From contig JBHGNT010000174.1 in NCBI GenBank assembly GCA_043228905.1, forward strand, positions 1 to 61,196: a stretch of 61,196 nucleotides of DNA. Direction: 5' to 3'. The notes under the pieces are model-generated. The model did no database searches. It had not been told where the DNA came from and saw only the letters and a program-made list of their open reading frames with translations. This document shows positions 36,579 to 49,561 of the stretch, piece after piece (position 1 is the stretch's first letter; each line of letters opens with the position of its first letter). This DNA comes from Azolla caroliniana. Taxonomy: Eukaryota; Plantae; Polypodiophyta. The position numbers and the translations under genes were made by a program.

Positions 36579-39500
36579 CTAATTTGGTGAAGCGTTCTTG
36601 CTATAGTCCTTAGCAAATATCGCAAATCTGTCGAGATCTTTCTGGAGAATGCTCTCAACCAACGGTGATACAGACTGCAAGGATTATAATAGACACAAGA
36701 ATCTTTTTTCATCAAAATCTAAACATTTGCTGAAATTACGAAGCTCTAAATCAGGGAGACAAATCAATTCCATGGGGTGAAGTAAGATTGAAAAATGAGT
36801 ATACCGCGAGTAAAGGAGCCAACACATCTGGTACCTCATATGAAATGGTTAGCTGCAACTCATTTATTTGATCATATCAAAATCTTCTTTCTCTAATTTA
36901 GGGCACAAAAATCTCTCAAGAAGTCTTTGTAACAACATTTACCTGAATTACTACAGATGATGTACCTCGGGGATAAAAACGAACAGTGCCCCTGATATAA
37001 TAAAACCCAAACAAAGATTTTAATTTTTTTGAAATATTTGCATAATACTCTTAAACAAACTATGCTATATCATTTTAATATTTTTTATATACATAGATAT
37101 TTTCATTTTCCACATTTCAGAACATTTAGAGAACAGAACCCAGCAGAGAAGCAATACAAACGATTGGATACAAATTAATGCTATTAAATCAAATTAATCA
37201 TGATTTACAAGACACGTTTAGAGAGTAAACTCTCATCATAACCTATATCCCCCAAAGAGAGGCCTATTGGGGTTTGGCTAGATGTATAACAAAATATTTT
37301 TGTCCTTTCTAATATTCTGCAGAGATAGAGCTGAAGAACACTCTGAGATCCTTTTTTCAATCTTGTATTAGATCAGGACAAGTACGTCAGAAAATCCAAG
37401 GTCAGCAGTGCTTGAGGCAATGACTCGTAGAAAAAATAGAGCTACTTTTATATCTGATTGATTTAAACTGAAAATTAACTTACATTAACAGATAGAAATT
37501 TGGAGTACAGCATATGCAGTCTTTTTTCTTTATCTCATGTAAAATTAACAATAGAACAAGTGTACTTGTTTGGTAAAACGAAATGGTGGTTCCATTTTCC
37601 ACCATCAGCAAAAAGCAAGTCTAAATTATGATCAGTGCTACTGCACTGGCATTACCTCTGTTATTGTTATTGCTGAGAAATAATAACATGACATTAGAAA
37701 TTTTGGTTTAAAAACTAGTATAGGATATGCTTGAACCTGTTCTGTAGGCCATCCATAGATCGCCAATGAATCTTCTGGTGATAAATGGGCTATAAACAAA
37801 ATGACAAATGAATCAGATGTACTCAATCCTCACTTAAAAAGTCTCTAAATTAATCGCCAGTAACAACTGGTGTCCGGTAATAAATATCCTTAAGTATGGA
37901 TATATACTCAAACTGCTCTAGAAAATGACATGGTTTGTGCATAGAAAAATCTAATATTTTACGATCTTCCATCTAGCATGGAGAAATATGTTTCTTGAAA
38001 ACAATCACATTTATGCAGTGACCAGAGGGTCAAGGGCCAGATTGTCGGTTAAGGGACGAATTGATGAGATTCTGTAGTTGGGAGGTGCATCACATGTCTT
38101 CTCCTTAGGATTGTTGTTCCGCTTGTGTATGGCTTGTAGTACATCATGTGCACAGATCCTAAAACCTAGTGCCATGAAAGAGAGACCGTAGCAGAAGGAA
38201 AGAGTAATGAAAACACACAAATGTATAAACAAACCTATATTCACAAAAAATGAGAACCTCCTGAATGTCCTACATATAAAGGGTGAGACTAAGAGTGCAT
38301 GAGCGGCCTAGAAAGCTCGATGCTCAAAAATGAGTTGTTGAATGCATAAGAGGGAAAATGAGGCACCCTATTTTTATTTAATAGGGCCAGGGCAGCTAAC
38401 CTGTCCAAGAACACAACTAGTGTGAAATGTTATAATCATACTATTAATAGCAGAAACAATATGCGGAGAGGTAAAACAAGATGTAGCCCAAGTTGCTAAC
38501 ACTGATGCTCATGACAAGCAAAATAACAAGCCTTTTCCCTCTACTGAAATGGCATTACCTGTAAATTCTTTGCAGTCCACTTGAACTCAAAATCTTGTCC
38601 AAATGTACTATACTTCAATACCCATTCAGATATTTGAGGGTTATCCTTCGAAACCTATATATCCCATTCAATTATGTTTCATTGCCATGCATACCCACAA
38701 AGACTTAGAATTTCAAACAATCTGAAAGGCATATATCACATACCTTAATAGAGTGAATCCATGGCATCCAACGATTAATTCCCTCTTTATCAGACCAGAG
38801 ATCCCAAGCCAAGGAGAGAGGTACTGCAACTTCAACTTGAGCACTGCAGATCATAAGAATATACTTGTAAACGTTTAATAGTCATGGTAACTTTTAAAAA
38901 TTTTATTATAAGAAAAACAGCCATACAATATGCTTCATGTGCAGCACATGAATACATTTAGTAAATCTAGATTGCAAGTGGTCAGTTCCAGGTGAGGCCA
39001 AAGCCCGTGTATTTCCCTAGGCATTGCTTCATAAATATTCATAGTAGAAAAAAAAGCTATTTATACACTCTTCCTTTCCTACTATTTAAATATTATATTA
39101 GAAACAAGAACTGTCAAAGCAATGTAACAACCCCGAAGCCGTAAGTTCACAATGCATTCAACTGCATTGAGTGCAAACATTATAGGATTGATGCCCCCAA
39201 AACAAGTGTTTCACATGTGCCATTGGTGCATTGATCCCAAACCAAGTTTGCCTCCCAATACCTGTTCACCCTAATGTTGAACTACACATTTCTTTTAGCA
39301 TAACCATGAAACTTGCTGAAATAGCAAAATTCTTGCCGCCATCCATGTCAGAAAGTTTTTGCCCTCTTGCCTTTTTTGGAGGGAGAGGTGTCCATGTTTC
39401 AACTGTGACTAGTTGCATGAATAATCAAGCACATAACATGTCTAGAGATTGCTTGAGTGCAAATAGATTGTCAATGGACATGTCTAGAGATTCTTCATGT

Positions 39501-42500
39501 AAACAAGCAATTTACCCTAATACTGAAGTACGCAGTTCTTTTAGCATAACCATGAAACTTGCACAAATAGCGAAATTCCTGCCACCATCCATGTTGAAAA
39601 GTTTTTTCCCTTTTGCCTTTTCTTTTGGAGGGAGAGGTGAACATGTTTCAATTGTGAATAGTTGCGTGAATAATCAAGCAAATAGCATGTCTGAAATTTC
39701 CTTGGGTGCAAATAACCACCCTCACACTAACCAATGACCGCCTAACAATGATTAACGTACAATATCAAGATAGAAAGCATATGATTAACAATCATTATTA
39801 GTAGCAGTAGAAAAGTACTAAAGATAGAAAGAAATGGCAACGGATGGCTTTAACTACACATTTCTAAATGTAACAGATCAGTTTGATGTTGATGTAGATC
39901 TTGCCTTTGTTTTCCTACTCACATAGCTGGGGTGTAATGTCAGAGGTCGAAGAGATCAACACATCAGCGTGCTCTGGGATTGCCCACTTTGACCCACAAT
40001 TTTTGTCTATTCTATTCAGCCATAAACACCTGTAAAGTATTATGTCCACATACATGGTCATGGTTGCAATTGCAAAATGAGCATTCTCCTTTGATTTATT
40101 CTCAAGAGTATACATATATGTTACAACAGCAGAGAGACAGTACAGAGATCGCTTATTAAACATGAGGAGAAGGTTCCTCCTTATAAAGGCCAAGATATGG
40201 CCGTTGGGAGCTGTTGGGGCTGGCTAGCCGTTGGGCTACAACTTTAATCATTCTCAACACTCCCCCTCAAGATGGGCTAAAGATATCCACAAAGCCCATC
40301 TTGTCATCCAGCTTCATCTGACTTTCTTGATTCATCCTTAGTTCTCTTAGAAGAGATTTCAGACACAACATCTCTGCAACTCCAATAGCTCTATACTCTG
40401 CTTCTGCTGTTGACCTTGCTACTATCAACTGTTTTTTACTCTGCCAAGAGACCAAATTGCCCCCAACAAACATGCAGTATCCTGATGTGGATTTCCTATC
40501 AACAGCACAACTAGCCCAATTGGAATCACAATAGTCCTCAGTGTTGAAATGACCATGTTTTCTAAAGATCAATCCCTTCCCCGGTGCACCTTTGAGATAT
40601 CTCAGAATCTGGTACACTACATCCATATGATCTTTCCTCGGATCATGCATGTAGTGACTTACCACATTTGCTACAAATGAAATACCTGGATGAGTGTGAG
40701 TCAGATAAATCAGCCAACCTACCAATCTCTAATACTTGTCACAATCAACTTTCTCTCCAGCAAGTGCAGTTAACTTGATCTTTGGGTCAATTGGAGAAGC
40801 TAAAGGCCTACAACCCAACATTCCAATCTATGTGAGAAGATCAAATACATATTTTCACTGAGATGGAACTCCTGCCCCACGAGCTACCTCAATTCCAAGA
40901 AAATATTGTAGCAAGCATAGATCCTTCACCTCAAACTCTTTACCCAGTTGCACCTTCAATCGAGCAATCTCTCCTTCATCATCACCTATGATAATTATAT
41001 CATCCACATACACAGCAAGTAATGTAGTATACTCCTTGTGTTGTCGGAAAAACACTGTATGGTCCGCATTGATCTGTTGGTATCCCATACCCACCATAGC
41101 CCTTCTTAACCTGTCGAACCAGGCTCGAGGAGACTGCTTCAGTTCATAAAGCAACTTCCTTAATCTGCAAACCTTGCCTACTTTTTGAATTGTACCAAAA
41201 CCTGGGGGGATATCCATATACACTTCCTCCATCAACTCTCCATGAAGGAATGCATTTTTTACATCTAATTGATATAATTTCTAATCCTGATTCACGGCCA
41301 AGAAAGAAGGAAAGAAGAAAGATATACTAATGTCTTTTAAGAGGCCAAAATGGCCTATAAGACCAAATAAGAGATTACATCTTGAGTGTTGTCACGTCTT
41401 TGAGAACAAATCAAAATAAAATAAATATTACACAGTAAATATAAAAGTAAATAAGATGAAAAGAGAAGAAACGAGGGAATCTGGTTTTTGGCACATGTGA
41501 GATTCTCAAGTTAGGTATATTGTAGCTTTTGTCTTCGAAAGATCTCTAGCATAGGTCGATCCAAAATAGAAATGTCTCCGAAGCGAGGGAAGCACCTACG
41601 ATGGCGGGAGATAATGGCTTTCATCTGTCGATGAAAAGAGTGTTGAGGTCATGGTCCATGGGGCCGGGGCCTATGTGCACGGCAAATTGCTATTGCCCGA
41701 TCAATTGTAACCCCTTTGTTATGTCCTGGTCTGGAGCCCATTTGTGTATCCCATGATGGACTTGTAGCATTAGTAGGAGTGATGGGGCTAAAGAAAGTTG
41801 TGATTGTTCTTTGTGGATGAGCTTGTGTGGTTGTATTCTTCAACAACTTTTCTCAATGTCTCTTGAGCTCTAGCAAGAAAAGTCCTAGGCATCGTTGGTC
41901 CTCATATTCCATTACCTTGCGTAGTGGGCCAAAGCCTTGTTTAAAGTGGCAATGGTATCTCCCTCTGATTTCATAAAAGACACTACAATGACAAACATAG
42001 TGTTCCTCAGATTCCACTCCTTGATGACACAATTGGTAAATTCTCTCTTCTAGAGGTAGTCGCTGCCTAGCCTTGTTTAAAGTGGCAATGGTATCTCCCT
42101 CTGATTTCATAAAAGACACTACAATGACAAACATAGTGTTCCTCAGATTCCACTCCTTGATGACACAATTGGTAAATTCTCTCTTCTAGAGATAGTCGCT
42201 GCCTACCTCAATCTATAGCTGATGTGATGAAGTTCGCAACTGCCCTATCACACTACACAACGCATAGGATAGATGTATGTCCATATAAGATGGCCTAATG
42301 ACGAATCCATCCTCTGATGTATGTAAGAAGTGTGTCTTATTGTGGGCCATCTTTGTACCAAGTGATATTTTGGGGCTGATCCATGTTATCTTGTTTTCCA
42401 AGTTAATAATATCAGTTCGGATCACTCTATTCTTTTCCACTTTGGTCATATTTGGGTGGGGACAGTCCAAGCTGTATTGGAATGGGGGTAGTGCATTTAT

Positions 42501-45500
42501 ACTCATGCCATATTACTCGAACCATTACTGCATTTTAGCATACCAACAATGAGTGTCTCCATTTTCAGCCAATTGTCTTGATGACATAAGAGCCAACCTT
42601 GGGTACCTTCGTTTAGGGAGCTCCAAAAGACGTTGGATAAATGTCACTGATCGGAAGAATGCCTCGGTTATTATAGGTGTTGCTCCCATCTCTGCCCGGA
42701 TTATATCGTGGGGCACCGATGCTTTGCTCCTTATCATGCGAGCAATCATTGACAATAAAGGTCTCTCTAAATCTTTCCAATGATTTGCCTTGTTAAGACT
42801 CGGTCCCCATGTTTCTACTAGAATAGAGAAGAGTTGGTGTGACAAGTGTATCAAATAACGATAGCTTAGTCCGTGGCTCTTGGAACTGCAAATGTGCACA
42901 TTGTCTCTCGAGAGCACCAAGGGCTGCATATCCACGAGAAAGTCGGGCACAAGTAGCCTCCTGTAAGGAAAACCTAGGTCCTGTAAATGTTACTCCTAGG
43001 TATATGTAGGAGCGTGTGTATTCCACCTTTTCCTCTCCCAAGAAGAATTCTGTTTCTGATCTTGTTACCCATGCTTGAGTGGTGTTAAACACCATCACTT
43101 TAGTTTTGTCCATGTTGATTGACAAACCTTTGTCGGTACAAAATAGTTTTAAGGCATTTAGATGGCTTTGTAATCCAAGGAAATAAGCGTTCTAACAGTG
43201 CTCATCTTCGCCATAGGTGCAAAAGTCTCGTCGTAATCAATGCCATATGTTTGACTCTATCCCTTAGCCACTAATCGTGCCTTGTAACGATCTATTTTGC
43301 GTTTTGGGGTCTGTTTTACTATAAACGCCCATTTGCACCCAACCACCTTATTTCCTAGTGGTAGTGACACAATCTCCCAAGTTTTGTTCTTCTCAAGAGC
43401 TTGATGTTCTTCTTGCATATAGTTGCTTTACACTTTGGATCTTCTTTAGCAACATGCCAACAAGTGACAGAGTCTAATGATGCAATGAGTGTTCAATGTG
43501 TAGGTGATATGTTAGAATAAGAGATAAATTCAACAATATCATGAGGAAAACCATAACAATTAGCACGGACTCTTGCATTATTGTGAGAGGTCCTCCTAGC
43601 CACTACAAGAGAAGGAGAGGAAATCATATCACCTATGTTTTCTGGGTTTGAGAGTTCTATAGGTATTTCAGAAGTCAAGGCAAGTCAGGACATGGGACTT
43701 GATGGCACAAAGTGGCATTTGTAGACGTGTTCATATTTCCTTCCTTTTGACATCTGCTCTAGGTATACACCTTTAGATCCCCCTCAGCTCCAGTCCCAAC
43801 ACGTACATGTTCCTCTTCTTCTTTTCCTTCTTCTTCCTCGTCTCCTACACTCACTTGTTTCTCAGCTGGTGTAGGGATCAACAAAGAAATTGATCCCATT
43901 TTCAGCAACCTCTCACCACTATCTCCTTCTTCCCTCATTTTTTCAGTCTCAATTGAGTCATCAAAGGGTGAAGTTAACTCCCGTTTATAATACGGCTCCA
44001 ACTCTTGGAAATGCACATCCATGCTCACAATAATCTCTTTTCCACTGAACTCCAAAAAACATACCCATTTTGTGCTGCAGAGTATCCTACAAATACACAT
44101 TTTACCGCTCTGGGATCAAGCTTTCCTACAAATGGTCTACTGTCCTTTACAAAACACACATCCAAACACCTTCAAAGGAAGGATCCCAAAGTTATCTACT
44201 TGCAACAACTCAGATGGAGACTTCCACTCCAATACTCTAGAGGGCATTCTATTGATCAATGCGCCAACCGTCAAAACTGACTGTCCCCACAGCTGCTTTG
44301 GGACATTCATAGAAATCATCATGCTTCTTGTTACCTCTAGAAGATGTTTGTTCTTCCTCTCTGTCACTCCATTTTGTGTTGGTGTATATGGACATGTAAT
44401 TTGATGTTGTATTCCTTGATCTGACACTTATTCCTAAACATGATGTTAGTATACTTTGTTCCATTATTGGACCTCAACACCTTTATTGTTGCACCATATT
44501 GAGTTTGAACAGCTCTATGAAAATCATTAAATCAAGCAAACACTTCATTCTTATTTTTCATCAAATATAACCAAGTAACACGAGAGAAGCAATCAATGAA
44601 AGAGACAAAATATGTATATTCATACATAGAGCTTGCGGAACACAGTCCCCAAACATCAGCGTGTATTATATCAAAAGCATGGGAACTCCTATGACATGAA
44701 CCTTCACGAACAAGGGTTCCCTCTACCATAAGATGCTAATGCTGAATCCAGCCCTTCACAATCCAAATACCATAGTCCACTATGTCATGTGCCAATCCCA
44801 AATCTACGACCTGTCCCCTTCTCTTGGAATATCACCTTGGGAATGTCAGAAGAAACAACAAATTTTAGTAGGAGTATGATAGCCCTTATGGATAATAGGT
44901 TTACTGGGAAGGAGCATGCAACACATTAGACAATGTCACAAAGTCAATACAATTCACTGTACCCATACCAACTACAAGTTGTCTTGTACCATCAGCAGTT
45001 TGAATTGTAGCATTTTCGATTTTTACTTTTGCTTGAATTTGATACCATCAATGCCAATCACACCCCTAGAAGTTCGTGATGTCAGAAAGCAACTTCATTC
45101 TACTTTCCTCCTGTATCATAGTCGCAATTGCCTCATCAAGTGTGGGAATTTCAGCCTTGGCTAGAAGAACTGCCCATCTTTGATCGAATGACGGGTTGAG
45201 ATGTTTCAAAAATTGCATGGTTCTCCTTTGAGCAAAAACCCCCCTACTCTTACATTGAGGATCATTGCACATTGTCATAGGCGAGAAATGATCATAGTCA
45301 GCCCATAAATGCTCCAATTCTATGGCATACTCCTGAATCGTCCCATCTCCCTGCCAAACGGCATCTATCTACTGCTCAATTTGAAACACTCTCATGTTAT
45401 TTGTCCTCCCAACGTAGGTTTTCTGTAATTTTTCCCAAATATCCTTCACATTTTGAATTCCATCAACAATGGTTGCAATTGATGGAACCATGGAGTTGAG

Positions 45501-47555
45501 AAGCCAAGTATACAAAGACATGTGGGTAGCTCTCCATGCTTCCCACTCACTACTCATTTTAACAAGAAGCTCTTTCTCTTCTCTTGTTAGATAGCCATCA
45601 ACACCTCTCCTTGCTAACGCGCCCGTAACCCGACGCGACCAACTCAGGTACATGGCCAATCCATTGAGTTTGAACTCAACTAGAAGGAATTCAAGTCTAG
45701 GTGATGGTTGTGTTCCCATCACACCTCCAGATGCTACAATCTCTGTTTACTTCATGTATTTCACCAATGTTTTCACCTCATCCTCGTTCAATTTTGACAA
45801 TGCCTTATCCATCTTCTCAATCTAGACTATCTCTTCTCTTATCTTCTAACTTCTTTTTCCATGTCACCTCTCAACCACATAGCATTGTCATCCTAACAGA
45901 AGAATCCTCCCTACCTCTCTTGGATGTTACGACAGTGCTGTTCTAACTGCTGTCGCACCGGCAGAGGGGTGAATCTAGGGTTTGCACAGCTGCAGGGGAC
46001 CAACGAGCAGCAACTCACTCTGATACCAAACTGCAAAATGAACATTCTCCTTTCATTTCTTCTCAAGGATATACATATATGTTACAACAGGAGAGTGAAA
46101 GTACAGAGATCGCTTATTAAAAATGAGGAGAAGGCACCTCCTTATAAAGGCCAAGATATGGCCGTTGGGCTAACTAGCTATAAGGGCTGGATAGCCATTG
46201 GGCTACAACTTTAATCATTCTCAACAGTTGCTAGTGCTTCGGAGACAAAAAATGTGCTATAATGACAAGCAATAATGATGGCACAAGTCACATGCAAATA
46301 AAAGTTGTGGAGGGGAATTTGAAATACAGTGTATAGGCTTTGGTTGGTTGTGTTCCTTGGTCCACGTAGGAGCAGGTGGAAAGGAAGGATGTCGAATTGT
46401 GGTGGTTACAAATAATAGGTTAGTCTTCTTAACAGCTATTGAAAAGGTACAGAGCATGTGGCATCCAGGGAGGGGTTGATGGACTGAAGGTTATTGTTAG
46501 TATCTTGATTTGTAGACAAATATAATACTTAACATGGGATTTAAGCCTCCTTGAAGTGATGTTTTGCATTAAAGGTGGGTAAAGTCTCAGCCAGGGATAT
46601 CGAGCAGCAAATATTTTTTGCTTATACTGAGAATACAAGGATCATTTTTCATCCTATTCCAGACCACACCTCGATGTGATAGCTGCAGCAAGGACATTTC
46701 CTCAAGATATGTACGTCAAAACATCGTGCTTTTATTCCTAAGCTTCTATAGTGGGTGTTCAAGGATTGGTGAGATGTGCCGGTAATCGTCCAGCAACATG
46801 AGTAAGACATCAATCTGACGATTGCATGGCTCCAATTGTTGTCCAATGCAACTTGATCAGTGATCACGTAGTGCCGTCAGCCATGGAGGATCAAAAGATG
46901 GTGACTTAGGTGCCAAAATACAAGAAAAAGGTGATGAGATTCAACTTGATCACTTCATCAAAGAAGCCCAAGTCAGGATGACACCATCAAATGCCACACC
47001 ATTGCTACTGTCATACTCTATGGCTGCTACTGTGCTGATTCTTCTTTCTATTGTATCATCTAGTTAGATACAGGCCACAGTGGGTTGTGTATGTATTTGA
47101 AATTTTCTACATTTCTTGTTTTCATAAAAAGGAAACAAAAATCTAAAACTTATACTATATAAACCATTTTGCTGATGCTTGAATCAGGATTCTGATGAGA
47201 CAAAAAGAAGGTTTTGAATCATTTTTGCTGAAGTTTGTATCAGTACCATGATGAGACAAAACTAATGTTTAAAAGAAGGCGAAAAGAACAGATGAACATA
47301 CCTGCTATCAAGCCATTGACTAGCGGTCCAGCGAGTTCCATTAGAGATCCAAATTAGTCCGTCCTTATCCTTCTTCTTATTCTTCTTCATCACCGTCATC
47401 TTCCGATTGGAAGGAGACCGTAGACCTGCAGAAACAGGGTGTGATAGATCCAGGGGGGCTGTAGTGCTTGGCCATGAGGAGAGGTTTGTGTGCAGAATTG
47501 AAGGGATGGGCTGTAATGTGGTTAAGCCAGAAGAAGCTGTGAGCATGGAAGCCAT
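36579..47555 (-). CDS. SRPBCC/START-fold polyketide cyclase/dehydrase-like lipid-binding protein with probable plastid transit peptide, copy A; 7 exons, ~231 aa
   Basis: Exons on -: 47555-47302, 38843-38744, 38654-38559, 37789-37737, 36991-36943, 36852-36805, 36674-36579. Spliced product ..QWLDSSAQVEVAVPLSLAWDLWSDKEGINRWMPWIHSIK..FKWTAKNLQPIYHQKIHWRSMDGLQNRGTVRFYPRG..LTISYEVP..DLDRFA, as in the Arabidopsis At1g02475-type and cyanobacterial SRPBCC family. S/T-rich N-terminus. Intron 1 is 8.4 kb. Confidence 0.88.
39150..39712 (-). pseudogene. highly decayed retroelement-like relic (possibly L1 zf-RVT) with an internal ~190 bp duplication; also present in copy B (57480-58032)
   Basis: Fragments FLTWMA and VKHLFWG on the - strand. 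Block CATGAAACTTGC..GGGAGAGG is duplicated at ~39305 and ~39551. Confidence 0.3.
41303..43174 (-). mobile_element. 5'-truncated non-LTR retrotransposon (LINE) inserted in the Copia RT
   Basis: RT thumb motifs GLSINMDKTKVMVF, YIYLGVTF and LFDTLVTPTLLY. C-terminal ERI.QLCHQGVESEEHYVCHC zinc motif. (TTTC/TTC)-type tail at 41303-41322. CCAAG on both sides (41298-41302, 43175-43179) where the Copia frame RTLISL|AVNQD is split. Confidence 0.9.
41933..42205. repeat. 136-bp tandem duplication inside the LINE
   Basis: AGCCTTGTTTAAAGTGGC...CGCTGCCTA at 41933 and 42069, nearly identical. Confidence 0.92.
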
Positions 47556-47650
47556 TGTTGGGAAATGTCTGATCAGAAGGACATACACATCATCATCATC
47601 ATCATCATCATCATTGGTCATCACAACACTAACCAAATCATACATACATA

Positions 47651-49528
47651 CGCTCCTGTCCGGCGCCATGCCCGACTCGAGCCACCGTCTCGTTTCATCC
47701 GCTCTTGTCAGAACCGGTTACTCCCTGCACCCGCGTCGGTCGTCAACGACCCCATGTCGTTCCAATCGCGTCGTTTGTCGAAACGGCCGCAAACTCTTTT
47801 GACCACAGCCCAGTCGATCGTGAGCCCTTCATCTGTCTCCAAGAGGAGACCAACCTTCTCGCGGTCAAGCACGTCGACCGACTTCACAAACAGTGGGACC
47901 TTGCTCGTATCAAGCACGGTCCAGTCTAGCGTCGAGAGCATAGTTCCTAATATTCGCGTACGTCCAATTTACTGGACGTACGCGAACGTTTGCAAACGTA
48001 CGCGTATGATACGCGATATTCGTTTGGCTTCTTTCTTTTTTTTTTACTTTTTTTTGGTTTTTTTAATTTTTGATATTCATAATATTTTGTGAATAGAAGT
48101 GACATCTGACACACATACACACTCTCTCTCTCTCTCTCTCACACGAGAACTGACAGATTTTCTCTCTCTACAAAATCTAGATATCTAATATACATATTAC
48201 ATACTCCCTCACACAGACAAAACCCATAGCTCCTCTCTCTCTCTCTCTCTCTAGAGTCTAGATATACACTCAATCACTGTCTCCTCACACATGCAAAACA
48301 GGGCTTCTCTCTCTAGATCACACACGCTCTCTCTCTCTCTCTCTCTCCCCCTCACACACACACACACTATGTACACCATATACACCATATGTATATATAA
48401 TATATCTATGTACCGCGTATGGATTTCAATCATACTTGGAGCCTTTTCACGTATGAGTATGATACGAATATTGGCGTTTGAGTATGACACGAATAGGACG
48501 TATGGCTAGAACTATGGTCGAGAGTTGCGCAAACCACTTTTCGAACTCCTACAGTAGAGCCGACATATTCCGTCCCTTGTCAGGGCTCTCGACCCAATCC
48601 ATAAAGTCCTTCTTCAACAATCGGAGCGAGTCAGCGAAACTGTACCTTTCGAGGAGCCACCCCTCGAATTCTGCCCAGTTACGGCAGTCTGCTCGCACCT
48701 CGAGCACCTCGGCGTGGATGCTCGGCGTAACAACTCGAGGGAATCCGACCAACCGTCTATCCTCCGATATGTCCCTCATCATGATCTCGGCCCAGTAAAC
48801 CTCCAAGTAGCTAGTCACATCTTTGCCATTGAAACGGCCTATCGCGGCAACTATCGATTCAACGGCTCTGTCAAGGGCGCTTGTGCCCTCTCGAGCGTTC
48901 ACCAAGCGGTCAACGGTCGTTGCCATGGCTTCCGCGAGTTCGCTTCCGACTCCTCTACCGCCCTTTACACGTCAAGTTCACCAAAGATGTTGCGGTTTTC
49001 CGCGTGGATGCATAGAAATAGGACGGGACCACAGGGGGGTCTCGGACCAAGGAGTTAGAATAGGGGGGAAGGGAGGACCGTGTCACTATTCAAATACCTA
49101 TGCCGGTTCAATCCATGGTCGTGTATCGAATACGGAATGGTACTCGGATCATAGCAGCACAGCTCACCAGCCTAAGGGAGTTGTATCTTTCCCCGATCAG
49201 GATGCTTGGGAGCAGCGGCAAGCGCACAGGCTCACGGACTCGTACGTGCACGCAACAGATTCAGGACGGGAATAAGACACAAGCTCAAAGCATGGCCAAC
49301 ACACGACAAGTAGGAGCCACGTAGAAACCCCAACAAAGGGGACTCAACAAACTAATGATTAACAGAGAATCCAAAGAGTACAACCAGGCGTGGCCGGCAA
49401 CAACGCTTAAGGAGAGACGCTCACACATACACAAGGAGACAGGGCAAAGAATCTCTGGTCGGGAGCACACGGGTTGCCAGCGCGAGCAGAGACTTCCTCT
49501 CCTTGTTCGAAACGATGGCACAAGACCT

Positions 49529-49561
<33 letters not shown>

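Larger units (their letters stand above)
40068..46226 (-). mobile_element. Ty1/Copia (Ale-like, short LTRs) retrotransposon in intron 1 of SRPBCC copy A
   Basis: LTRs 40068-40259 and 46029-46226. TSD GTTGC at 40063-40067 and 46227-46231; empty site GGTTGCTAGTG in copy B (58381). iMet PBS TGGTATCAGAG at 46018-46028, PPT at 40260-40271. gag (YLSWSRR), integrase (TPTQNGVTERKN), RT (YVDDI) and RNaseH (STAEAEYRA), all disrupted. Confidence 0.95.
34140..47650. repeat. tandem segmental duplication, unit A (homologous to ~53430-59810 apart from TE insertions and a ~1 kb indel at 34320-35350)
   Basis: Colinear similarity across exons, introns and 3' flank, e.g. ATAAATTTGATGAGGTTGTTAAAAGTAATCTC at 35352 and 53579. 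Confidence 0.9.

Noticed and set aside
39915-40193. ORF as an extra coding exon of SRPBCC copy A
   Set aside because: It starts inside an LTR, the homologous frame has stops in copy B, and exon 1 splices in phase directly to exon 2 without it.
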